Assembly (NCBI RefSeq): GCF_004010195.1
Contig: NC_057719.1
Coordinates: forward strand, 14,658,416 to 14,722,415
DNA from: Chiloscyllium plagiosum
Taxonomy: Eukaryota
Reading direction: 5' to 3'
DNA length: 64,000 nucleotides
Both the position numbers and the translations under genes were made by a program. The notes beneath the pieces are model-generated. The model did no database searches. It was not told the origin of the DNA and saw only the letters and a program-made list of their open reading frames with translations. Below, one piece after another: positions 13,181-26,214 of this stretch (within the stretch, counting starts at the first letter, position 1; each line of letters begins with the position of its first letter).

Positions 13181-15194
13181 GGCAGGCAACGGCTTACCAG
13201 CAGACAGTCCCAATTCTAAAATACATAAAATACCCACCAAGGTGTCAGTGTCTGAGCTGGATGAGGGCATAGGAGACAGCCTTGCCAATGTTTACCCCGA
13301 GGGATCCATGCTCTCTTCATCAGAGCTAGGGGTCAGAATGCTCTCCTGACCACTGCCAAAAGGGCCATTTCACTGGTACCTGCAAGACACATCGCACAAG
13401 ACACAAGACCCAGGTTTAAATGTGGGTTTACTGTGTGAGTTGCTGTACAATAAACAAAATTCATACTTGGTTGTCAGGACGTCTTTGCATTTCCACAGGA
13501 CCTGACCAGACCGAGAACCAAGACCTGCACATAGGAGGTGCGTCGCCCGGTACAGGGAATCCCACCACCTATCTTCTGCTCATTTCCATCCCATTGTGGG
13601 CCATCCCTGTAATGAAAGGGAGAAGTTGTGTGAGATAATGTTGGGTGGCATAACTGTTGGCGAATGAAGGATTATGGGGAAAAGGCAAGACAGAGACGTT
13701 GAGGATTATCAAATCAGCAACAATCTCATTGAACAGTAGAGCACACTTGTTGGGCTGAATGGCATGCCTTTTCTCCTATGTCTGATGGTTTTGTGGTGCT
13801 AATACAGACAGGTGAAAGGTGGCAAGGTGTCCTGAGTGGGTGAGTGGGTACAGCATACGGGGTTAGTGATCTGGGGGCATTGGGATGGGTGAGATTGAGT
13901 AAGGAAAGGAGCTGCATGTGGAAGTGAGAGTGACAGAGCATGAGGCTTGGTAGGAGGTATGTCAGTAACAGAGACAGAGTCAGAGTGGGTAGCGGACTGA
14001 AGTTAAGTGGCACTTACTCTCACAGATTGGAAGAGGTCATTGACCTTCATCCTGCATTGCTGGTCCATCCTCTGAACCTTGTAGCCCAGACTGACACGGG
14101 TAACGACCACCAGCCAGGAAGCAGAAGATTGTGGCATGGTCTCCCCACACAATCTGAGGGAAGAGAACATCTCTCCTCTATGCCACCCTATCCATCAGGC
14201 CATCAAGCATGGGCACCAATTTCCTCTCGTCTGCCACTGTCCACCAGACAGTGTGTATTTAACCATGCAGGGCAACCTTGGAACGCTAATGTTTGTCCAA
14301 GTATTGCAATGGTGCCATCCAAATGCACAATGGCATTTTAAAGATGGCACCGGGAATACTGGCCTCTTCCAAGATATCTGGCCAATAGCAAACTCTTCTG
14401 GCTAAGGCAAATGGGAGAATCAGGATAACATCGGACAAGAGGAGGACTATAGGGATGGAGTAAATACTGAATGAACAGTGTTTGGGATGATAATGCAGGG
14501 AAACCAATTAGGCCTCACAGACAGAAGCCGCCCACGAAACCGGCCAAAATATTCAACTGAAGAGTCACTGATACGGGGTAGGCCAATCAGAACAAAGATA
14601 AGAAGATATTTCTTCACTTAGTGAGTGGTGAGCTTGTGAAACCTCAACCACATCAAGTAGCTGAGGCCAAAACATTGAATGCTTTCAAGGAGGAGTTAGA
14701 TGTAGTTCTTGGGGTGAAGGGACTAAAGGGTATAGGACGACAGCAGGAACTAGGGACTGAGTTAGATGATCATATTGAATGGAGGAACAGGCTCAAAGGG
14801 CCGAATGGCCTACTCCCATTCCTGTTTTCTACATATCTACGTCTGGGATTAACAGGTCCAACCAACAGAACATCTTCCCAAAGAGAAATGTGGATTGGAA
14901 AATTAATCATGGATCAACTGAGAAAAAGGGTGAATTAAATAAGGCAAGTTCAATGTCATATCAGATACCAAATGAGAAATATAAAGAGGGTAAGGAAGAC
15001 TGGATGGAAGAAAGATAAATAAGAAAGTTCACATCCTAAATGAATCAGACTCCACATTTGTGCTAGTCATTTTACAGTGTCAGAGAGGTTGATTGACAGT
15101 CATTAAGATGAATCATAACTTCAAAAGGATAAGTCCATTTGTCATTATTTTCCGAAAGTGTCTGGATTGCATTAGTTTACATTCGCTATGCATA

Positions 15195-15490
15195 ATATGG
15201 ATGGTCTAGTGGCATTATCACAGGACTGTTAATCCAGAGACTCAAGTTCAAATCTTACCATGGCAGAATTTGAATTCAATTTTAAAAAACCCTGGAATTA
15301 AGAGTCTAATGATGGCTTGGAGAAAAACTCCTCTGTTTTGTTAATGCCCTTTAGGAAAGGAAACTGCCATCCTTACCTACCTACATGTGTCTTCAGAGCC
15401 ACAGCAATGTGGTTGACTTTTAACTGCCCTCTGGGCAATTAGTGATGCTGGCTTACCAGTGACACCCACATACTGTGAGTGAATTTAAAC
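15195..15490 (+). mobile_element. SINE family 2 copy
   Basis: ggtctagtggcattatc..gttcaaatc head; ctgccctctgggcaattag..cccacatactgtgagtgaattt tail. Confidence 0.7.
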
Positions 15491-17214
15491 TGCAGCAATC
15501 ATGTGTGTATGACTGGTGAAGCAGGTTCAAGCTCTGCCTGGAATTATATTATTATTATTATTGATGAGTTTGGTGGCTGGAGGCTGGAGGTGAGATAGTA
15601 GTCAGAGAGATACAGTGGCTTCCCTCCTCCACTCTGATAAAACCTGCAGCTGGGGTTTTTCTGTCTCATCGCCAATCGGGGCCTGTGTATTGAGGAGAGG
15701 AGTCTCAGCCCACTGCTACCGGCATTCACTCCACGGTGGGAAAGGGAGGCCTATCACGTGCCAAGCCTGACAAGCAAACCTTGGTGCCTTTGCTTGCTAG
15801 CTCCAGGGAAGGTCAAGTCCCATTGCTCAAAGGTGCTCAGCACTTGATTGGTGGGCCCATCCTCAGCATAGGTGAGTCTGCAGCTAGCCAAGCCCTGATG
15901 TTATCTCTCACTCATCCATCTCCCAATCCTGCATCCCTCCTTGATCAAATAACCTGTATTGTTGTAGACCAGCAGTAACCATAAAGGTGCTGCTAAGTAC
16001 AGAAGAGTGCCCAGCTTTTAATTAGTCAACAGCTCTTGGTGTGCGGGCCTTTGACCCCCAGGGTCCTTGATCCTGGGGTGGCCAGAGCAGGCCTGTGCAG
16101 CACATGAGAAGCATAAGATGTGGTGGACCTTCCAAAAAACAGGCAACGTGGGGTCCTCTCCAGCTCTCCAGTCAAAAGCCCTTACCTTCACAAGATCTCA
16201 TCCATCGTGTGTGGTAAGCAATTGTAATCCTTGTGGTTTAACTTGGCATTGGTCTTCAAAGTACCTGTGCCCCACCAACTCTGACAGTTTGTCTAAAACC
16301 ACATTAACTTCCCATCTAATTAAAGGATATGGTAGCATAGAGGTTACTGTTACGAGACAACAGTTTCAGAGGACGGATGATCAAAAAACATGGGCTCATA
16401 TCCACCGTGGTTGCTGGGCAATTTAAACACAACTAATCAAATAAATCCCTAAGGGCAGCCAGAACATAAAACTACCAGATTCCTGTCATAAAAACCAAAC
16501 TGGTCACAGCTGTCCTCATAGAAAGGAAATCTGTTGACTCAACCCACGTGATCTATGTGGTACTCCAGATGCACAACAACATGATTGACTCTTAGCAGTC
16601 CTTCAGAGAAGTCTAAACACCAAATCATTGTGTTCAAGAAAGTGGCTGAGGGAAACTTTGTCAATAGAGCTGCACGGAAAAAGTTGGCTTTCTGAATAAC
16701 ACTGTAAAGACCATTTTTGTGTTTATTTTTGGATTCTGCATTAAAAATGGGAAAAGCTGCTGCTTTGAAGCAAGGAACTTGTAAAAAGATGTTTGATGTT
16801 TTGAAAACATGCTCCTGGAACACACTGTGAGTCGTATCAGCAATATTGCCTTATTCAAGCAATGAGAGAGCATTTCAGACAGAATGGCACTGTCTCTCTG
16901 AGTTTGAGAGAATTTTAGCATCATTGAGATTTCTAGCACAGAAAAACAATGCCCTTCAGCCCATCGAGTCTGCACTCGTCAAAGACCAGCACCAAACTTT
17001 TCGAATCCCATTTTTCATCACGTGTTAGATATGCTTTGGCATCACAAGTGCACATCTAAATACTTTGGCTTTTGATTTTGATTTTATTACCACATGTATT
17101 TTACAGTCAATATACAATAAAATACGGTGAAAAGCTTTCATTTGTCACCACAATATAGTGCCATTCTGAATTATTTAGGAACAAGGAATAAAAAAGGTGT
17201 AGATTGAAGAGAGT

Positions 17215-17398
17215 TGAAGAGTGTGGTGTTGGAAAAGCACAGCCGGTCAGGCAGCATCTGAGGAGCAGGAAAATCAACATTTCGGGCATAAGCCCTTCAT
17301 CAGGACAGTCTGCTCCTTGAATGCTACCTGACCTGCTTTGCTTTTCCAGCACCACACTGTTCAGCTCCGATCTCCAGCATCTGCAGTCCTCACTTTCT
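17215..17398. mobile_element. Fold-back mini-PLE, family A, with 17-bp TSD
   Basis: Inverted arms around an HHR (minus, 17275-17305); TSD tgtagattgaagagagt (17198-17214) / tgtagtttgaagagagt (17399-17415). Confidence 0.8.
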
Positions 17399-17760
17399 TG
17401 TAGTTTGAAGAGAGTCCATCAGTCCTGAGACAGCTTCAGAAACACCTGCACTGCCAACCCTCTGCCACTGCCACGCCGCTGTCTACACCGGACCCAATCA
17501 ACATCATAATCGCCGATTCTCAGATGTCATCTCTGCCACTGGGCCGATACTCCTCCACCGCCACCTCCTGCACTGGGGAAGGAACATCAGAATCACGTCT
17601 CTTGTCACTTGGCCAACCTCATTGATGTTGCCATGATGCCTTTCCATCACCATTTTGCTACTGCCCGTGTCAGACTCAACCAACAACAAAGTTGTCAATC
17701 CTTGGGCACCATCTGGACCTACCTTGCCTCCACTGATGTAGCAGCCGCCGATTCCAGGTC

Positions 17761-18541
17761 TGTCATGAGGGATTTTGTACAGAGATGGATTTTTGATAGG
17801 CTTTTTAATCAAGACAAGTTGTTGTGGACTCAGGAGGGCTCAGCATAGTAACAGCCACCTGATTGGTTCACTGGCAGGAGGCCTCACCTGTGCATGGACA
17901 ATATAGCAGAAGCATTCCGTCTCCGAAGAGAAGGCATCTACCTTTCTCTCTCCGTTCTGTGTGGAGAAGTAATAGTTAATCCTGAGTAGCTAGATACTCT
18001 CCTTCACCTTTTTCCAGAAGTTGTTCTGTCTGCAAATTCCCCGTTGAAAGGAAATAGAAAAAGACCACCTTCAACCACTGAATGAAAGACTGAGAATCAG
18101 TGTATCTACAACATCGTGTTATTAGCAAATAATCAGAAGGGGTTGAAAGAAAGCTAAAAGAAAGCAACTCATTGATGTCTGTGATCCAGTCTGGTGCCAG
18201 AACTGACTTTGTTTTCCCCTTCTGTACTAATAATATTTGTGTCTTGTTTCTTTGTGTCTGTGTGAGAATGTTAAGAAAGATGGCACACTTTAAGCTACAG
18301 AGTTATAGTAGCAACTGAACTTGTCTTTTTTTTTGTTATTGGTTAAAAATGTTTAGTTATAATGAATATTTACTTTCTTGAGCATGGTAGAGCCCTCGTG
18401 GACACATTCATTCTCCCTGAATTAAACAGGTTCAGCAAGATGGGGCATTTCAGCAATTTAATCACATTTTCACATTTGTAATGAGCCCTGGTATAGTGGA
18501 GCTTGATTTCCATCACACTATCCCAGCGAGACGGTGAAACA
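17761..18541 (+). mobile_element. Possible solo LTR
   Basis: Begins TGT, has an LTR-like composition resembling 42725-43336, and has a candidate ACA end; no matching TSD found. Confidence 0.3.
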
Positions 18542-18663
18542 GAACCCACAAACCACAAATGTAAGTGCAAATTTTGTCTGCCTTGATTTTGTTGTGGGTG
18601 TCCTTCTGCACGTTGAAAGACACTTTTGTTTGAGAACAGTTCACAATGAAGAGCCACCCACAT

Positions 18664-18926
18664 GGGCGACACGGTGGCTCTGTGGTTAGCACTGCTGCCT
18701 CATAGCAGCAGGGACTCAGGTTTGATTCCACCCTCGGCTGACTGTCTGCGTGGGGTTTGCACATTCTCCCTGTGTCTGTTTGGTTTCCTCCCACATTCCA
18801 AAGGTGAGCATTGGCCATGGAGAATGCAGGTTTATGGGGATAGGGTTCTGGGTGGGATCCTTTTTAGAGGGCTGGTGTGGAGTCAATGGGCCAAAGGGCC
18901 TGCTTCCACTCTGTAGGGATTCTATG
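18664..18926 (+). mobile_element. HE1-type SINE
   Basis: ggcgacacggtggctctgtggttagcactgctgcctc head; ctgtagggattctatg tail. Confidence 0.85.
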
Positions 18927-19619
18927 TGCAAATAGCTCTTCCACTGGAGCTTGAACTTGTGCATTGCTTGATCCCAGTAATGCATTTTGAATTAGTCATT
19001 CAAGTGATTCGGACTGGGCTCGGCCAGCATTTATCGTCCGTCCCTGACTGCCGAGAGGGCAGTTAGGAACAGGAAAATAGGAACAGGAGTAGGCCATTCA
19101 GCCCCTTGAAGCCTGCTCTATCATTCAATAAAATCATGGCTGAACTGTGGCCGAACTCCTTCCTGGGGAAAGTTCTTATAAACTTTGCTCACCTTAACTG
19201 ACTTTATTCCCTGCCCCCCCCCCCATATATTTTGCAGTAACAATGAATGGCGTCATTTACAAGTCTCGCTACTTTGCAACTCTATTCTTGGATGAGGTTA
19301 TCCTCATCAAAAACATGCAATGCTGCCTCAACCAGCTTGAATGCTTTTGCTATCCTCTCAGTGGTTCAGTGGTTGTAAATGTTGGAGGAGCAAGAATTTC
19401 AAATTCATCCTCCTTCCTGCACTATTCCATCTGGTGTAGCTTCTCATTGGTAAATGCTGTTTCCAAAACTTCCATGACATCCCTTTTCATTAAACCCAGC
19501 TTTCTTCACCTTTCTTCTGACTTGCTTCAGGGACATCCTATTTGATTTCGAAGTCATGAAGGTCAATTCCATATTCAGATCAAATTCGCTTTCACGCATC
19601 AATCACACAGTCATGATTG

Positions 19620-22243
19620 GGAGATGCCGTTGTTGGACTGAGGTGGACAAAGTTAAAAATCACACAACACCAGGTTATAGTCCAACAGGTTTATTGGGAA
19701 GCACTAGCTTTCGGAGCGCTGCTCCTTTATCTGGTGGTTGTGGAGAATAAGATCGTAAGACACAGAATTTATAGCATATGCTTACAGTGCGTTGTAACAG
19801 AAATTATATATTGAAAAAGATCTGGATTATTTGTTAAGTCTCTCTTCTTTTAGAATGACCATGTTGGTTTCAGTTCTTTCATATGTGAATCGCAGAACAT
19901 TTAAAATGTACATTCTCAAGTGAACTTTAACAACTGGTGTCATGTTGGCCCAGATAATGTATTGAAGGTGTGAGCTGTCCTGTGTGAGGCTGTCTGTGCC
20001 AGAATGCTCAGACTGATTCTAATCTAAAAAATGGATTTACAGAATCTTACATGGATTCATGCAGGTTTTGAGCAAAATAAAATGTAATTCTGCAAGTACA
20101 AATTCACCCCACAAACTTATATGTATTTGTGTGTGTATGTGGGCCTGCAGGTGGGTGCAGTGGTTATGAGTGTCTGTGAGAGGGTGTGTGTATGTGCATG
20201 AGTGTGAGTGTAAAGGGGTATAAGTCTGTGAAAGAGTGTGTGTGTGTGTGTGGGAGTGTATGTGTGAGCGTATGAGAGAGAGCTTGTGTATGAGAGACAG
20301 TCTGCATGAGTGTATGGGTCTGTCGGGGTGTGTGGGTGTGTGCGTGCAGTGAGGTCACCCGTAGTGTGACATGAACCCCATGGGTACCGAACTTGGTTAT
20401 CAGCCTCTGCTAGGCCACTTTGCATTGTTGCCTGTCCTGAAGTCTGCCTCGGAGGGCGGTCACCCTAAGGTCCGAGATTGAATGTCCTGGACCGCTGAAC
20501 TATTCTTCGACTGGAGATTTGATGACATTGACGACATTGATGACAGTTTTTTCCTCTGGACCCACGGCAAGGAGTCACTGAAGCAACTACAGAGTGATAT
20601 CAACGAGTTTCATCCCACCATCAAACTCACCACGGACTACTCTCTATTATCTGTCTCATTCTTGGACATGTGCATCTCCAACAAGGATGGGCACCTCAGC
20701 ACCTCATTCTACCTCAAACTCACATCGCTACATTTCTCCAGCTTCCACATGAAACATTTTAAAACAGCCATCCCCTATGGACAAGCCCTATGCATACACA
20801 GGATCTGTTCAGATGAGGAGGAATGTGATGGGCACCTGGAAGTACTCAAGGATACCCTCATAAGAACGGGGTACGTGCTCAACTCATCAACTGCCAGTTC
20901 CGACCTGCCACAGTGAGAAACCGTGATGACCTCCTCAGGAGACAGACACGAGCTGCAACCGACAGGGTACCCTTCTTTGTTCAGTACTTCCCAGGAGCCG
21001 AAAAACTACACCATGTTCTACGCAGCCTTCAACACATTATCGATGAGAATGAGCACCTCGCCAAGATCTCAATTTCTTGCCTTTAAACAACCATCAAACC
21101 TCAAACAGATCATTGATCGTAGCAAACTGCCCGGCTTTCAGGGCAACACCATACAACTCTGTTACGGTAGACGCTGCAAGACGTGTCAGCGTGTGGACAT
21201 GGATACCACCATTACACATGGGGACACCTCCCACCATGTACATGGCAGGTACTCATGCGACTCAGCCAACGTTGTCTATCTCATGCGCTGTAGGCAAGGA
21301 TGCCCTGAGGCATGGTACATTGACGAGACTGAGCAGATGATGAATGGACACTGCACAACAATCAAAAGACAGGAGTGTTCCCTCTCAATCGGAGGACACT
21401 TCAGCAGTCAGGGACATTCGACTTCGGACCTTCGGGTGACCGTTCTCCAAGACGGACGTCGGGACAGGCAATAGCGCAAAGTGTTCGAGCAGAGGCTGAT
21501 AGCCAAGTTTGGTACCCATGGCGATGGCATCAACCGGGACCTTGGGTTCATGTAACACGACAGGTGACCCCACTGCACTAAACACACACACACATGCACA
21601 CAGACACACACGCACGCACACAGGCACATACACGCATACAGACACACAAACACACACATGCACACAGACACACATGCACACACACACACACGCACACGTA
21701 CACTCACACTCACAAACGTACACACACTCTCTCACAAACACTCATAACCACTCCCCCATACACACACCTGCATACACACACAAATACATATAAGTTCGTG
21801 AGGTGAATTTGTACTTGCAGAATTACATTTTATTTTGCTCAAAAACTGCATGAATCCATACAAGATTCTGTTTTTTAGATTAGAATCAGTCTGACCATTG
21901 TGGCACAGACAGCCTCACACAGGGCACCTCACACCTTCAATGCATCATCTGGGCCGACATGACACCAATTATTAAAGTTAACTTGAGAATGTAACTTTAA
22001 AAAAGTTTTGCAATTTACATATGAAAGAACTGAAACTAACATATTCGTTCTAAACAAAAAAGACACTTAATAAACAATCCAGGTATTTTTCAATGCATAA
22101 GTTCAGTTACATCACACTGTAAACTTTTGCTATAAATTCTTCACCTTACACTCCACAACCACCTGAAGGAGCTGTGCTCCGAAAGCTAGTGCTTCCAAAT
22201 AAACTTATTGGACTATAACCTGGTGTTGTGTGATTTTTAACTT
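19620..22243 (+). mobile_element. Penelope-like element (family B), 5'-truncated, with a long inverted terminal repeat
   Basis: RT C-terminus (WRFDDIDD..FHPTIKLT..SFLD..KTAIPYGQALCIHRICS, 20482..20916) and GIY-YIG (NVVYLMRCRQGCPEAWYIDET, 20923..21474), both disrupted; about 19645-20510 is an inverted copy of about 21395-22243. Confidence 0.9.
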
Positions 22244-22589
22244 GAATCACAGACGATTGAGTAACTCAGTCGAGAGTGTGGTGCTGGAAAAACACAGCTG
22301 GTGGGCCCACTCTCACTGATAATATCAATGCCATTCTTAATGTTGAAACAATGCCAACATTCCTTGATCGAGGGCTTGTCATTGCCATCAATTCCTGGAT
22401 CAGTTGGCAAACGTCTTCCTCAGATCGTGGGCCTTGAAGGGCAGCTATCACTCCTTGGCCCATTAGCTGCACAAGGGAAGTGATGGTAGTTGTCCTTGGA
22501 GAGATCAACAAAGTTTGCAGGGGAATTATTCAGCAGAAGAAGGATCTTGAAGTCCAGATATTATTGGGCTCAGAATGAACATTGTTGAA

Positions 22590-22940
22590 TCAATCAGCCA
22601 ACCCAAAGTCTCCAACTCTTAACCCTCATTATCACTTTGTCAGCTTCTCTTCTGTCCTGGCTTACCACCAATAAGTCCTTGTTTACCTTATCCCTTTCAT
22701 ACCTTTCTTTCTCTCTCTGTTCTCCATCTCCATCTATTCGTTCACTTCTCCCCCCAGCCCTCCCTCACCCTCAACCTCATCTTCAACTCTTTCCTGGCTG
22801 CTATCAGTTCTGATGAAGAGTCACTGGACTCGAGATATTAACTCTGCTTTCTCCCGACTGATACTGCCAGACATGCTGAGTTTTGCCAGCAATTTCTGAT
22901 TTTGTTTCAGATCTCCAGCATCCACATTTCTTTGTTTTAT
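22590..22940 (+). mobile_element. PLE 3' terminus, family C
   Basis: Similar to 50720-51010, which follows PLE coding sequence. Confidence 0.7.
22806..22843 (+). ncRNA. Minimal hammerhead motif, family C (GAAA mutated to GAGA)
   Basis: AGTT-CTGATGA-A-GAGTC-ACTG-GACTC-GAGA-TATT-AACT: 4-bp stem I and 5-bp stem II. Confidence 0.65.
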
Positions 22941-22989
22941 TACAATACTGTCCATTGCTACTGTCTGGACTGCCAAGGGAACAGATGGA

Positions 22990-23830
22990 AGAAAGACACA
23001 GGAGGTTAGAGTTTGAACTATATATCTGCCAATTGATGTGGTTGTGGTCAACCACATTGAGTTGACAGAGAACCATTGCACTGAAAGTTCACCCTTGACT
23101 AGCCCTTCAAAACCATTGGGCTTTCTGAGTGGTGCGCCGTCAGTGTTTCTAATATGTAGTCTCTTGTAGCTTCTCCTCCAAAAAGCAAAGTACATCGATG
23201 TTTAGCCACCTTAAGTCATGGTGCAGACTTCTCCTCAGCAGTATTGTAAGTGCTGGAAGACATTCTTTTCCCATGCAGTCCTGTCTCACCAGGCTCACCA
23301 TCTGCTTCAGGCTATCATCGTTTTCTTCAATCAATTCCTGCAATAATGTGGGAAGTGTTTCTGTGGCTTTAACACCTGCTGGGGCTGCGTCACCAGTCAT
23401 CTTAACAGGGTGCAGCATCGCTCTATATTTGAAGCAGTCAAGCCACCCACCACTGGCATGGAGAGGTTTCACATCAGAATTGTTTGAGTCAAACCCTTCT
23501 ACAGGCTTCTAGCTTGCTTTTGTATCACAATTGAAGAAAAAAGAGCGACACATTTTTTGGAATTTAAGGTTCAATTTGGGATGTTATCAATTGTTTCAAA
23601 TCGTCCATCACCTCAGGGTTTGAGTTGCATTTAACAACGCTGAATATTTTGCTACTTGCTTCAGTTTTATCAGCATCCCATTGTACATACGGGAAACATT
23701 GAGAGCCACAGCTCTTCGGATATCCACTTTTTGCTCACCACACTCAAACCTAGAGTGTACGCCTCATTTATCTCTTGGTGGAATTGGTACCTGGTGTTCT
23801 TAGCAAAAATCTCATTATTTGTCAAGGCTA
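22990..23830 (-). pseudogene. Decayed Tigger/pogo-family DNA transposase (HTH_psq, CENP-B HTH, start of DDE_1)
   Basis: Across frameshifts: FECGEQKVDIRRAVALN; IVIQKQARSL; LHASGGWLDCFKYRAMLHPVKMTGDAAPAGVKA; KRMSSSTYNTAEEKSAP*LKVAKHRCTLLFGG..HHSESPMVLKG, collinear with Tigger1/TIGD1-type transposases. Confidence 0.85.
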
Positions 23831-23930
23831 GAGCATGATGGATGGACGTGCCATCAGACAGGTAATGGCCAAACATGCTAAACTTTGGAATCAGTTCACA
23901 ACTGTACTGGCATGCACCTATTGGAAAGAT

Positions 23931-24120
23931 AAAACCAGGTTATAGTCCAACAGGTTTATTTGAAATCACAAGCTTTTGGAGCAGCGCTCCTTCATCAGGT
24001 GACCTCACAAAGGGGCAGTGCTGCGAAAGCTTGTGTTTTAAAATAAACCTGTTGGACTATAATCTGGTGTCGTATGACTTCTGACTTTGTCCACCCCAGT
24101 CCGATACTGGCACCTCCATG
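23931..24120. mobile_element. Fold-back mini-PLE, family B, with 12-bp TSD
   Basis: Inverted arms ccaggttatagtccaacagg / cctgttggactataatctgg; HHR on minus strand at 23966-24002; TSD tattggaaagat (23919-23930) / tattggaaaaat (24121-24132). Confidence 0.8.
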
Positions 24121-24801
24121 TATTGGAAAAATGGGTAGTGAAGTAAACACTGCGTTATGGTGAAAATTGTGTTAATCGAAACTGATTTGATTGACGATTA
24201 TCTGTCGTGATTTGATAAAGTCACCGTTTCTAATGCCTAATGGACAAATAACCTAGGGAGGACTGATTGAAGGCAATTGGCAAAGGAACCAGAGGTGACT
24301 TGAGGAACAATTGTTTTTACAGAATGCCTGGTTAGGATTTGAAACATACTGCCTGATAGTGTAACGGATCTAAATTCAGTAGTAGCTGTCAAAAAGGAAA
24401 TTCAATTAATACTTAATAGAGAGAAGCAAAATGCAAAATATAGGGACGTGAAGGGGATTGAAACTAACTGGATCATTCAGAAGAGTTGATGAACTGAAGG
24501 GCATTTTTCTACATTGTACTGTTTAATGACTCTATAGAGTAAAAATATCCCAAAATCCTTCACAAAAGTATTGTCCTGAAATATCTGTGGAAGCTCAATG
24601 TAATTGAGAGTCCGCCAACTGGCCCATGGTCCCCATTTGCTTATTAGAACAAAGGCTGCAGGCAGGCTTGGTCAATACAGGCCAACCTTAATAATGCATC
24701 TGTCACATCTTGGCTATCAATGTTGGAGCTGAGGTGACTCTCCTTTCCACCGACTTCCCACTATCTGCTATTTTCAATTGGTGTCAAGAGGGTCAAGAGG
24801 A

Positions 24802-24930
24802 TTCCCAAAGAAGGGCTTATGCCTGAAACGTCAACTCTCCTGCTCCTCGGATGCTGCCTGACCTGCTGTGCTTTTCCAGCACCACACACTTGATTCTAAC
24901 CTTCCAGCATCTGCAGGCCTCACTTTCGCC
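24802..24930 (+). mobile_element. PLE terminal fragment, family A
   Basis: cccaaagaagggcttatgcctgaaacgtc...ccagcatctgcaggcctcactttc. Confidence 0.75.
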
Positions 24931-25279
24931 TATTTTCAATTAGTGTCTGCCTATACCTCAGGCAAGAAATGGCTAGACAGTTCTAAGATTTCACTAAAAC
25001 ACAAAACATTATTGAAACAGCAGATCTGTGAAGGGTTAGCATTAAAGAGTTAACCTTAGAAGCCCAAAATGATTTTGCAGAAATACCCATGTCAGAAGAG
25101 TGAACTAGTCTGTTTTCTCCAACAACGTTGTCTGAGCTGCTGAGCAAATTCAGTAGTTTATGTTCAAAGTTCAGGTTCCCAGCTGTTTATTTTTGTGCTT
25201 TTGCTTGTGAGGTACACTGGAAATCTTAAGGACGCACTGACTTCCTCAGCAGAATTGCTTATCTTATTGGATGTAGCTT

Positions 25280-26030
25280 GTAAAGTAGCAGCAGTCTCAG
25301 CTCTGAGGCAGAGAGTTGTGGGTTCAAGTTCCACTCCAAATATTTGAGCACATAATGCTGGCTGGCATTCCAGTGCAACTGGGAGAATGTGAGATGACCC
25401 TAAACGTCCAACTTGGGCTCTCATTGGATAAACGTTAAGACAAAAAAAAACTTCACAATTTGAGGAAGACCAAATCATGTATGCCCAGGCTGATTTTATT
25501 TTTTTCTAAAGCAAATAACATTAAAGAAAAACATCAGCTGATTGTTCTCATTTTGCTGTTTGTGGGATCTTACAGTGTGCTAATTGACCACCATGATTTT
25601 TTTTAACAGTAGAGCACTGAGTATACTTCAAAACCTAATTCACTCAGTGTAAGATGCTTTCATAGAATCCCTACAGTGTGGGAGCAAGCCCTTTGGCCCA
25701 ACAAGTCCACACCAACCCTCTGAAGAATAACCCACTCAGACCCATTCCCCTACCCTAGATTTACCCCTGACTAATGCACCTAACCTACACAGCCTTGAAC
25801 ACTACAGGAAATTTAGCATAGCTAATTCACCTGACCGGCACATCTTTGGATTGTGGGAGGAAACCCACACAGACACGGGGAGAATGTACGAACTTCACAC
25901 AGGCAGTCGCCTAAGGCAGGAACCAAATCCAGGTCCCTGGCACTGTTAGATGGCAGTGCTAATGACTAAGCCACTGTGTCACATGTCTTAACTTGTCCTG
26001 AGGTAATGAAAGACCTTATGTAAAAGGAGT
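25280..26030 (+). mobile_element. Old Deu-domain-like SINE (SacSINE1/AmnSINE-like), interrupted by an HE1 SINE
   Basis: gtgggttcaagttccactcc B box, tgagcacataat.., gctgtttgtgggatctt block, L2-like tail gtcctgaggtaatgaaagac. Confidence 0.55.
25661..25982 (-). mobile_element. HE1-type SINE
   Basis: Homologous to 5211-5530. Confidence 0.85.
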
Positions 26031-26214
26031 TTTAAAAAAATATGTGTACCTGATTTTTGAGGGTGTGGACCAGGGGAGTATTTTTGTACAAAAGACAATA
26101 GATGTTCCCTTTTTCCTCATTTCCCTCTAACCCTGCAGGGTAGCTGTTTCCTCTTTAATGCAGTACTTTACCATGGAAACTGATTCATATGACAGCAGTA
26201 TCACAAAGACTTCT

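Noticed and set aside
18496..18566. Plus-strand exon ending at a gtaagt donor
   Set aside because: Poor acceptor, unrecognisable peptide, and overlap with a probable LTR end
21385..21806. Cys/Val- and His/Thr-rich ORFs
   Set aside because: Translation of the (CA)n tract in the PLE 3' UTR
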